Shown here piece by piece: positions 22,414-33,326 of a stretch of DNA of 64,000 bases. The translations under genes and the position numbers were made by a program. The stretch is from Antedon mediterranea (taxonomy: Eukaryota; Animalia; Echinodermata). Location: assembly GCF_964355755.1 (NCBI RefSeq), contig NC_092680.1:9610001-9674000 (forward strand), given 5' to 3'. The notes below the pieces were generated by a model that was given only the letters and a program-made list of their open reading frames with translations, did no database searches and was not told the origin of the DNA. The first letter of the stretch is position 1; every line of letters begins with the position of its first letter.

Positions 22414-24655
22414 GACCATCCATACCCTTCGCGAGCGTGTACTAACGCCTCAAATTGCTTAGCTTGGGTAGTCCCCGGAACTCCACCCCAAATTCCTCTT
22501 TTATTTTCGCAAAAATGCTCTTATTTATTATCTGTGATTCTTTTCTATTGCCTGCCATCCTTCCCCGTACTTTCTCTCCCCCCACAACTGAATAACATAT
22601 CTTGTGATTTCATTCATCCACATACATGTTCACTTCTTCGTTCGACTGTCAAAACCACGAGGAAAACACGCACCGTATCCGACGGTATCCGACCCGGGGT
22701 CACAACTGTCAATCAAATAACCGTTATTTCGTGTTGCAGCTAAGAATTGCTCAGCGATAACCGGTTAAACGGCGTTCTAACACCGATTTAAATTGGTGTT
22801 TTTAACCGGTTATTTTGCGCTGCCTTTTAACCGGTTACCACAAATGTGTCCTGTTTCTGCTGCCAAGAAAATGGAGTTAATTTATTCACACCGATTTTAA
22901 TTTATTCACACCGATTTTAACCGGTTATTTTGTATGCAGCAGAAACAGGCCCTATTGATCAAGTTATACTTCATACGTAACCTATAAAATAACACAATGA
23001 TACTCTTATCTTAGTTGTCATAGTAACCATGCTGAATCCAAGGACGTTCCCTCATGGAAAGAATGTTAACCTTGGCTTACCCTCTCATTATACGGTGTAG
23101 AACCGCAACTGTAACCATATTGTATAAACAACATATCTATCCTAAGGGTAATATCTATCATCCTGAACAATAACTACATTATGGAAATTATCTCTATAAT
23201 ACAAAATAATACAGAGAATAATATATTACTTTATAGTAATTGACACAATGAAACTTTACGTACCTAAGAATAGTAATACACAATAAATGATGACAAGGAT
23301 TTTATAGATGTTACACTCATATGTGGCAAATCTTTAATGACCTCAGGCCACCTATGCCCACCCTGTCACCTTGTGTACTTGGACTATTCCAAATTAGTCC
23401 GGGGGATTTATGGGCGTCACACCCTCCTCCACTAAAAAAAATGACGTAACGGCATTTCAAACTTAATCTACAAATATGTACATAATGAGAAATTAAAACA
23501 CTTTTGAAGAACGAAAAAAAAAATATATATAATACATCCCGGCCATATCATCGGTAAACTAACTGCCGAACAACCGACACGACTGGGGTATAAATAGATA
23601 CGATATAAAATTCAGTTTTCGCTGCTTTTCGCTTGTTCTGTCGATGCTTTCTGTTATCTTCATACAAGATGGGTCAGGCGTTCCCATGGTGCTGTAAGTC
23701 AGTGTTTGAGGTGGACGCCTATTTCGGATTGGCCGGTCTTCTGCTTCCTCTACTACACTACCAGTATTGGAAATTCTGTTATCATTGTCCTGTAGTTGAT
23801 CAACTAATTCATCCTCATTTGACCTGTCATCAGCGAAACATTGCTGTTCATCCATGTTTGGTGCCAGATCCTGAATTTGCGGTACGTCAGTTTCATCGAC
23901 AAATAGCCTATAGGGTATGTTTCTTTATGAGACAAGGTATATTGATGAGAAATTGGAGTAGTATTAAAGATATAAGAATAACCAAGTGGAACAGATTGTA
24001 TTACCCACTCAGTGTAGACAGGATGTACAGTATTACACTCATTATGTGCCATTTGCTGGTCACATGAGTGTTGAGAAAACAAAGTAGGGTACTGAACCAA
24101 TTCTATTGGCCAGGTATATTTAAAGATGTGGTAGGAAACATACTTTGATACCATTACCGATTATAAGTACACCATTTAAACGTATAGCGATAGACATTGT
24201 TGGACCCTTATCTAGAAAAAGCCGTAATAACAAATATATGCTTACCATAGACTATGCTACGAGATATCCAGATGCAATCCCGTTATCCAATGTTAGAGCC
24301 GAAACAGTAGCCAGGGCTCTAATAGAAGTCTTTACTAGTGTAGGATTACCCGAAGAGATTGTACATGATCAGGGAACTAACTTCATGTCTTCAATTATGC
24401 AATCTATATGTAGTATGTTGGGGATTAATCAATTAAAGACTACAGTGTACCACCCCCAAAGCAATGGGCTTGTTGAAAGATTTCACGGTACATTAAAGAA
24501 TATGATAAGGACACTTACAGTTAATCAAAGAAAAATTGGGATGACTACATACCCCCTTTCTGTTTGCATACAGAAAAGTTCTTAGTAAAGCGACGGGCCA
24601 TTCACCTTTTAAATTGCTTTATGGTAGAGAGGTGAGGGGACCCTTGATTATACTT

Positions 24656-27600
24656 TTTTTTTTTTTTTTTTTTTTTTTATTCAGTATATTACACAGAGGC
24701 GCCTTACAAGATGGAACCATCTTAGCTTCAAGGCGCCTCAGATTAACAAATACAATATTTTAAAACAACTAACAGAAACATCAATTAAATCTTCCAGAAT
24801 TAACAAGAAATTATTGTACATAATAAAATAATAAAACATTTTCACAATTCGAAAGAAGATCGGAACCAAAAATAAAAATTTCACTTAAAAATGTAAAATT
24901 AAATGTTAAAGAAAACTCCTTGGCTAAGATATCCTCAATAATTGAGTTAGCGCTTACAAGTAGAATATCTCTTTGTGTATTATAATTAGGGCAGTAACAT
25001 AAGAAATGAAGCGGATTCTCAACATTAAAGCCACAAGTACAATTTGGATTGTCCCGAAGTCCATGTAAGAATAAATGCGAATTGAGACAGCTGAAACCAA
25101 GTCGGATTCTAGTGTGAATTTGGTTAATCTTCTTATCACCTGTATCATAATAAGAACGTTTTTTTGTTTCAAACAAATTGGATTTCAGTAGCAATTTTTT
25201 AAACTCAACAAGAAATGAGGAATTTTTTATTTCATTATTTAACTCATTCCAATGTGTTATAATAGATGGGACAAAAGATAAACGATATGATGTGGTCTTA
25301 CAAAATGGAATTATTATATTTCGGATGTTACGCAAGTTATAAACTTCAATATTGTCAGAAAAATTAAATAAGGAGTAAAGATACACTGGTGTTAACTTAT
25401 GAATAATTTTAAAAAACAGTATTAGGTTAAGAAATTGTCTACGTTTTTCCAATGATAACCAGCCTAATTCTTGTCTTAATGCATTATGACTTGTATGTTT
25501 CCACGCACCAGTACATATTCTACCTGCAGAAATCTGGATATTTTCTAGTTCATCACTTAATTTATCTGGAATATTACACCAAACAGGAGCTGCATATTCC
25601 ATTAATGGTCTAACGTGTGATGTGTAAATGTGACAGAGAGCCTGTCGAGGTAGAATATGTTTGACACGACGTAGCATATTTAAAGATAAAGACGCTTTGT
25701 TAATTACAGATTGGATATGGGAATCCCACTTGAGTTTTGCATTAAGCATTACACCAAGATGCCTATGATCATTTACAAATTGTAGATTTACATTATTGAA
25801 ATTTAAACTAACATAGTTATCTAAATGTTTACGTGTAAACAGTATAGCTTTCGTTTTGTTAGCATTGAATGTTACTTTCCATTTTTTTGCCCAATTATAA
25901 ATGACATTAAGATCACCATTTAATTTTTGTTCTGAAATATTACGATCTGTACAAATATCATATAACGAAGTATCATCTGCATATAAACTAATATTAGATT
26001 TGATATTATCAACCATATCATTTATGAATACAATAAATAAAATGGACCCAAAACAGATCCTTGGGGTACTCCTGCTGTAATGGTCACCCAATGACTGGTA
26101 GTTCCTTCAATAATAACACGTTGCTCACGTGAGTTTAAGTAACTTTGGAACCATTTTAGAAGAGTGCCATTAATTCCATATTGATTTAATTTGTATATAA
26201 TCCCATTATGCCAAACTTTATCGAAGGCTTTGGAAATATCCAAAAATACCGAGATTACTTCTTTCCTTAAATCTAAAGCTCTATTAAATGTATCTAGAAG
26301 ATAAAGAAGTTGATACGTTGTCGAGTCACCTGGTGTAAAACCAGATTGGAATTGAGTAAGAAGTTTATTATCCACAAAGTATTTATATACTATATCAAAA
26401 ACTGCACGCTCAAAAATGTTTGCAAAGTTGGAAAGTATGGATATAGGGCGATAGTTCTCAATAAGGGATTTATTGCCTTTTTTATGCAGAGGAATGCCAT
26501 TTGATTTTTTCCATTCTACAGGAAAATATCCTTGGCTTATGCAGAAGTTATAAAGCTTTGTCAAATGGGGTGCAATAATTTCAGCAGATTCTTTTAGTAT
26601 GATACTGTGAATTTCATCAGGTCCCATCGCCTTGTTTTTATCCAGCATAGTTAATAATTTCATGATCTCATCAACAGATAATTTGAGAGTTGAGAGTCTC
26701 GATGCAGTTCTATATGTGAAGTCCGAAGGAAAATCATCATGATTAGGAATAAACGATTGAGATTTAAAATAATTGTTAAACGCTTTAACTTTCTCACTAT
26801 TTAAAGTTAGGACATCATCGTTTAATTTGATTGGAGGAATCTTATAATATTGTTTGGAATTACAAACTGAATTTATGGTAGACCACCAAGTTTTTGAATC
26901 ACAGTTTTTATTCATTAATAAATCAAATTGTTTATCCAAAAAAGTTTGTTTAGCTTTTCTTATTGCTTTAACAACTTTTGCGCGAATTTTCTTAAAACGT
27001 TGCATATGCGAATTTGAGTTATTTCGAGTTGAATGGGCGCGATTTCTTTTTCGAATAAGAGTTCTAATATGAGCATTAATCCAAGGCTTGTCATTAGGAC
27101 GCACAGTTATAATTTTAGATATAATATAGTTATCAACACAATTATTAAATAAGTCAATCCAATTATGACAAACATCTTCAACCTTTGAAGATGAATAAAC
27201 TTCTTCCCAATTTACAGAATTAAGAGCATTACGATATAAATTAAAATCAGTTTTTTCAAAAAGATATATTTTACGATTGTATGGCTTGTCCCGTGTGATA
27301 CGAATATCAATATTTGCATATACTGGACTGTGATCACAATTTAAAAGTGGGCACAATGCACCAAAATCATTAATATATACATTTTGACTAGTAACTATAT
27401 GGTCAATACAAGACCGTTGGTCTTTTATACAACGTGTTGGCATATTGATGTGTTGAGTTAAACCGTTTTGTTGTAAAAATTCGTAAAATGATTTTCCAAA
27501 TCTATTTGTGTTTCCATCATTGTACCAGTTGTTATTTTGAGCATTCATATCGCCCATCATTAAAGTTAAGCTGTGTCGAGACAAAACAAAGTTATTAGTA

Positions 27601-28178
27601 CTGTTTTGAAAATAGTCAAGTAGATCCTGATCAGATTGAACATCACTTTGTGGTGGCCTATAACATACATAAGTCAAAATCGTCCAGTTTGAAACTTGTA
27701 TTTCACACCTTATCACATCTGACAAGAGATCATTACAAATATGGGAATCAACTAAGTGTATAGAATTAGATATGTAAAGAGCACATCCGCCGCCATGGCG
27801 GTTTCTATCATTTCTAATAGGTTCTTGATAACCGTCTAGTAAAATGTCATGGTTCAAGATAGTTTGATCTAGCCATGTTTCTGTTAAAGCAATAATATCA
27901 TAGTTATTTAAATTTGCTAGGTGTTGAATTTCAGCTAGTTTACCTGGAACGATTAGACTACGTATGTTAATATGGCAAACTGTAAACTGTTCCGGACCAG
28001 GATTTGGATGTATATCGCCGCACATTAAAAGCATGCACATTAGAATACTTAATTTGATAGCAACATTATTACGCCCCAAATTTATGATAAATAAATTATC
28101 CATTATCAGTAAAAAAAATAAGTAAAGTACTCACTTTAAAAACGCTAGCACATATAAGAACACTTAGCCAAACGAACA
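24656..28178 (-). mobile_element. RTEX-like non-LTR retrotransposon with poly(A) tail and 12-bp TSD
   Basis: TTGATTATACTT at 24644-24655 and 28179-28190; T run of ~25 nt at the left end; clade assignment inferred from CR1-like RT plus C-terminal CCHC finger. Confidence 0.9.
24811..28103 (-). CDS. 2A-like peptide + APE + RT + CCHC zinc finger polyprotein, one frameshift near 26040
   Basis: LLMCGDIHPNPGP, LTETWL, YRPP, GDMN, DHSPV, FLDISKAFDKVWH, GVPQGSVLGP/LFIVFIND, YADDT, CTCG...E...HFLCYCPNY. The two ORFs join by adding one T to a T run. Confidence 0.92.
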
Positions 28179-28705
28179 TTGATTATACTTAAAAGTAATT
28201 GGGTAGAGGATGAAGACAGGTCTACTGATGTTATCAAATACATGTTAGACATAAGAGAAAAAATGGAGAAATTAATGAAAGATGCTAATGTAAACAAACT
28301 TGAACAAGAAATTATGTCCCACAATTATAACAAGAATGCTATTCATATAGAATTTGTAGAAGGGGACAAAGTGTTGATATTCCTTGCAGTAGGAAATAGT
28401 AAATTAGACAGTAAGTGGCAAGGCCTCTTCACTGTGACTAAAAAGGTCAATGAGGTAAATTATGAAATATACATAGGAGGTAGAAGAAAAGAAAAACAAA
28501 TTCTACATGTTAATATGTTAAAGAGATGGTATGATAAAGTAGAAATAAGTAAAGATGGTTATTATGTAGTGACAAATGTCCAGTCGATAGAAGAAGTAGA
28601 CTTAAATGAAACAGTCCGTGACAATAATGAAAACATTTCTTCTGGTTTCGATTCGTATAATAATATAAGTAGTTCTTTGATAGTAAACCAATAAAACTTA
28701 CGTTG

Positions 28706-28749
28706 GCAAGACAGTTTCGTCTAGCTGTCAGCTTGACTTCTTCAGTTGC
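28706..28749 (-). ncRNA. Minimal type I hammerhead ribozyme, mirror copy
   Basis: Exact reverse complement of 29619-29662. Confidence 0.75.
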
Positions 28750-29618
28750 TATGATGCGTTATGGCGCCGATTGGTCTCCTTTCCAGCCACTAGATGATTT
28801 TGTTGTGTAGCCTAGGGGACCAGTCGTCGTCAGAAGCTGATCGTAAATGTGAGATAGTTGGTGCGCGCCTTCGTCTCTATTCATCTTTGTATTTTTATTT
28901 TGCTTTCTTATGCTGATGCTTTCTTTAATTTTACGTTTAAGCCAAACTTGTTCTTTGTGTAGTACCTCTATCTTATCCCAGTTAGGTATGTGGTTGTGTG
29001 TGGTCATATGGTCCGTGATTGCTGATTTATGTAAAATGGAGGACGAAACTTTCCGTGATGCACGCGTCTGCATGTTCTGTGTGTTTTCCTCAACATCTTT
29101 CTTGTGCTCTTTAATTCTGGTTTTGAGTGCCCTACCCGTTTCCCCAATATACACATATACAAAGAGGATTCCTGTGGTGTCGTCTACAAAGTGGGGTGCA
29201 CCAACTGTGAGATGGTGTATATTGGGGAAACGGGTAGGGCACTCAAAACCAGAATTAAAGAGCACAAGAAAGATGTTGAGGAAAACACACAGAACATGCA
29301 GACGCGTGCATCACGGAAAGTTTCGTCCTCCATTTTACATAAATCAGCAATCACGGACCATATGACCACACACAACCACATACCTAACTGGGATAAGATA
29401 GAGGTACTACACAAAGAACAAGTTTGGCTTAAACGTAAAATTAAAGAAAGCATCAGCATAAGAAAGCAAAATAAAAATACAAAGATGAATAGAGACGAAG
29501 GCGCGCACCAACTATCTCACATTTACGATCAGCTTCTGACGACGACTGGTCCCTAGGCTACACAACAAAATCATCTAGTGGCTGGAAAGGAGACCAATCG
29601 GCGCCATAACGCATCATA

Positions 29619-29662
29619 GCAACTGAAGAAGTCAAGCTGACAGCTAGACGAAACTGTCTTGC
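29619..29662 (+). ncRNA. Minimal type I hammerhead ribozyme in the Penelope pseudo-LTR
   Basis: GCAA-CTGAAGA-A-GTCAAGCT(GAC)AGCTAGAC-GAAA-CTG-TC-TTGC: CUGANGA and GAAA core boxes, stem I GCAA/TTGC, stem II hairpin, GUC cleavage triplet. Confidence 0.75.
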
Positions 29663-31740
29663 CAACGTAAGTTTTATTGGTTTACTATCAAAGAACTACT
29701 TATATTATTAGTCCGTGACAAGTTAGATAGTGAAATAGACATAGGATAGGATTGTCTTATCATCAATCGCAAACATGGAGAGATGTTAACGTTAGTAATA
29801 ACTTAAATGATACACAAACTAAACACATAACAGAATTGTTAAAGTACCATCAGAATGTATTCTCGGATGTACCAGGTAGAACTCACTTAGTGACACGTGA
29901 AATTAAGACTAATGGTGAAATGCCTATAAGGCATAGGTCATATAGAACGCCCCAAGCATGAAAGAGGAATTAGATAGTATGTTGGCTATGGGTATAATAG
30001 AACCTACAGTTAGTGCCTATGCTGCACCTATTATTGCCCTGAAGAAAGGCCAGAATCAAATTAGAATGGTGACAGACTTTAGATCACTAAATAAGTCTAC
30101 ACATCTTGACCCTTATGTTATGCCTCGCATAGACGAAATGTTGGATGAGGTATCATCTGCAATATACATAACTACGTTAGATCTAACTAAAGGATTTTAC
30201 CAGGTGCCTCTGGATCCTAAGACCAAAGACAAATCAGCATTTATTACACAATTTGGAAGTTTTGTTACAATGTACTTCCATTTGGTATGCAAAATAGCTC
30301 TGGTACTTTCTATAGATTAATGGATAAGGTATTACAAGGTACTGAGGGATATGCTAAGGCATATATAGATGACATATGTATTTATAGTCAAACTTGGAAA
30401 AATCATATTTTTCATTTTGAATGATGTATTAGAAAGATTAAGTAGTGCTGGATTGACAGCAAAGCCTTTGAAATGTAAAATTGCCTATGCACAGGTAGAA
30501 TTTCTGGGGCATAAGATTGGTAACGGCGAAATTAGACCCATGGTTAATAAGATTAAGGCTGTGGAAAAGTTCCCTTTGTCTAAGAAACAAGTCCGATCAT
30601 TTCTCGGATTAACTGGCTATTACAAAAAAAAAGTACAAAACTATGCCGATATTGCTAAGCCATTGATTGATTTAACTTTAAGGGAGTAAAAGTAATACCG
30701 TTAAGTGGAATGAACAATGTGAAAATGCTTTTGTAACTTTAAAGAAACGACTTACTGATGATAATGTATTAAAATCCCCGAATGTTGATAAGATGTTTAT
30801 ATTGCAAACCGATACTTCAAATTATGGCAGAGGGGCAGCGCTGAGCCACAAATAGATGGCGAGGGTATAGTAATGATTATCCCATTGTGTATTTAATTAG
30901 AAAGTTATCTGTACATGGGCAGAGATATTCCGTGCCAGAAAAAGAGTGCCTCTCTATTGTTTGGGCTATAAATAAGCTTAAGTATTATCTGTATGGTTGT
31001 GAATTTCAAGTTCATACTGACCACCAGACATTGAGATGGATGGACTCAATGAAGGGTGCCAATGTTAGACTTATGAGATGGGCTTTGTTTTTACAAGGAT
31101 ATAAATTTAAAGTTATTTACAAGAAAGGAACATTAAATAGAAATGCAGATGGATTAAGCCGTGCATAAGTAATATTATAGAGGTGTTATTTGTAGTAGTA
31201 TTAGTAGATAGTTAAAGGTAAAATGGTTTTAAATGTAAAATTTTTTGAAAGATTGACACAATCTTTTTCCCAAGAAGGGGAATGTCATAATACATGTATT
31301 ATGTTTCTGATTTCCTGTAATTAGATAAAGGATGTTTCAGACTAGGTCTGCTTAATTTATGGGCCAATCAGAATAGTATAATTTTGGTGTGAAACTTTTG
31401 GAGGCAACATTTGATCCTCTTCAGAAGCCCATAGTTTGCATGTCAAGTATAAGTAGTAAATGTTATAGATATTAGAAAAGAAGAGAAAATAAGATCAAAG
31501 TAGAAAGACCTATAGAGAAGAAAGGTCTAGACTGATAGAAAGTTGTATTATATTAATACGAGTTACAAGAAATAAAGTTTTAGTTGAATACAGTATTTGT
31601 ATGTGGAATCATTTGGCAGTCAGTGTACGTCGCGTGAATTAAATACGCCAGAGAACGATCGCAACCAACTCTATAAATTTCACTACACTTGGTATGTGTA
31701 CTCAACAGACCAAGAGTGCAGAAGAAACTATATTGCTATT

Positions 31741-32995
31741 GATAAGAGTTCTGAAATGTTCGGACACACACCGATAAGACTTCTGCAATGTTCGGACACA
31801 CACCGATAAGTCTTCTGCAATGTTTCGGACACACACCGATAAAACTTCTGCAATGTTCAGACACACACCGATAAGACTTCTGCAATGTTCGGACACACGC
31901 CGATAAGACTTCTGCAATGTTCGGACACACACCGATAGGACTTCTGCAATGTTCAGACACACGCCGATAATACTTCTGCAATGTTCGGACACACACCGAG
32001 AAGACTCCTGCAATGTTCGGACACACAGCGATAGGACTGCTGCAATGCTCAGACACACGCCGATAAGACTTCTGCAATGTTCGGACATATACCGATAAGA
32101 CTTCTGCAATGTTCAGACACACACCGATAAGACTTCTGCAATGTTCGGACACACACCGAGAAGACTCCTGCAATGTTCGGACATATACCGATAAGACTTC
32201 TGCAATGTTCAGACACACACCGATAAGACTTCTGCAATGTTCGGACATATACAGATAAGACTTCTGCAATGTTCAGACACACGCCGATAAGACTTCTGCA
32301 ATGTTCGGACATATACCGATAAGTCTTCTGCAATGTTCAGACACACACCGATAAGACTTCTGCAATGTTCGGACACACACCGAGAAGACTTCTGCAATGT
32401 TTGGACAAACACCGCCGTTAAGACTTCTGCAATGTTCGGACATATACCGATAAGACTTCTGCAATGTTCAGACACACACCGATAAGACTTTTGCAATGTT
32501 CGGACACACACCGAGAAGACTTCTGCAATGTTCGGACACGTACACACAGATAAGACTTCTGCAATGTTCGGACACACACAGATAAGACTTCTGCAATGTT
32601 CAGACATATACCGAGGAAACTACAGTAATGTTCGTATAGAACTAAAGAGGCCACGAACTGCAATGCAATCGGACACATAGTACAGAGGAGGCTACTTAAA
32701 GTAAAAAACGGAAGAGGCGAAGAAATTCATTGTTCGAACACACTGAGGAACTAATTAATGTTCGTACAAAACTGGAGAGGTCAAGAAATAATATTTGGAG
32801 ATTACCAAGGAAACAACTACTATATTAGTAGGCCTACAGAACTGAAAAGACCAGAAACTATACCATTTTCGGACAGCAGTCTTCAAACAGAACTAAAGAG
32901 ACCAAATACTGTAAATATGATACTACTGCAATGTTCGGACAGTACATGAGACTACTGCAACGTTTCGAAATTACCGCCGTTACTACTGCAATGTT
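31741..32995 (+). repeat. 32-bp minisatellite (GATAAGACTTCTGCAATGTTCGGACACACACC), ~27 clear copies then degenerate, within or abutting the Gmr1-like LTR
   Basis: Units recur every 32 nt (e.g. 31773, 31805); homogeneous to ~32610, decaying to ~32995. Confidence 0.95.
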
Positions 32996-33326
32996 ATTTT
33001 TATTGTTATTATTATTAGTTTATATATATAAAAGTATCTCTTCTGAGATACCGCTTCGTAAATACTGAAAGATGAGGGCGTATCACTTAATTCTATGGTT
33101 TCATTTTAAAAAAAAGACAAATTGCGTGAACATAGAGTTGTATAGTTTTATTATTATTATATGTTATAGTGTACAGAAAAGAATTTCTGATTTTATTGGA
33201 AAAAATAATTATGTGAGAGCAGTCGACTGAGTAACAAATAAGTTATTTATTTTTAAATGTTATAGTGCACAGAAAAGAATTTATTTGACAAAATAAATGC
33301 ATCTATCATCAGTGGTGGACGGGTCT

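Larger units (their letters stand above)
20238..22952. mobile_element. Non-autonomous TIR DNA transposon (outer element of a nested stack)
   Basis: TIRs GGGTCTGTTTCTGCTGCATA and TATGCAGCAGAAACAGGCCC, flanked by TA on both sides; repeated subterminal TAACCGGTTA palindromes. Confidence 0.8.
19838..23900 (-). mobile_element. 3' end of a Gypsy-type LTR retrotransposon: pol tail (23559-23855), PPT (23422-23432), LTR 19838-23421 interrupted by a 2.7-kb DNA-transposon stack
   Basis: LTR termini TGTGA (19838) and TCACA (23421); adjacent minus-strand PPT GTGGAGGAGGG; pol tail RPIRNRRPPQTLTY..G.P; ~80-bp direct repeat inside the LTR (~19952-20033 and ~23264-23344). Confidence 0.75.
28625..29709. mobile_element. 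Penelope-like element in inverted (palindromic) arrangement with GIY-YIG endonuclease fragment
   Basis: Arms 28658-29154 and 29215-29710 are reverse complements (one indel seen); GVVYKVGC..C...YIGETGR.L..RI.EH; AGTCCGTGACAA duplicated at 28613-28624 and 29710-29721; 33-nt unpaired tail at 28625-28657. Confidence 0.93.
23900..32995 (+). mobile_element. Gmr1-like Gypsy LTR retrotransposon (integrase upstream of RT-RNase H), degraded, with two nested insertions
   Basis: Integrase zinc-finger and core (AGHM...FYWPGI, PFKRIAIDIVGPL, HDQGTNF, YHPQSNGLVERF) at 23920-24650; integrase tail at 28179-28620; Gypsy RT (DFRSLN, LDLTKGFYQVP, AYIDD) at 29750-30690; RNase H (KECLSIVWA, TDHQ, ADGLSR) to 31168; PPT AAGAAGGGGAA then TGT at 31283. 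Confidence 0.9.

Noticed and set aside
28910-29459. Antisense ORFs MLMLSLILRL... on both strands
   Set aside because: They are shadow frames of the GIY-YIG coding sequence, duplicated by the palindrome.
31702-32678. Several 60-177-aa Cys-rich ORFs
   Set aside because: They are translations of the 32-bp repeat in rotating frames.
31741-32700. CRISPR-like array of ~32-bp repeats
   Set aside because: Units are head-to-tail with no unique spacers, there are no cas genes, and the context is eukaryotic; it is a minisatellite.
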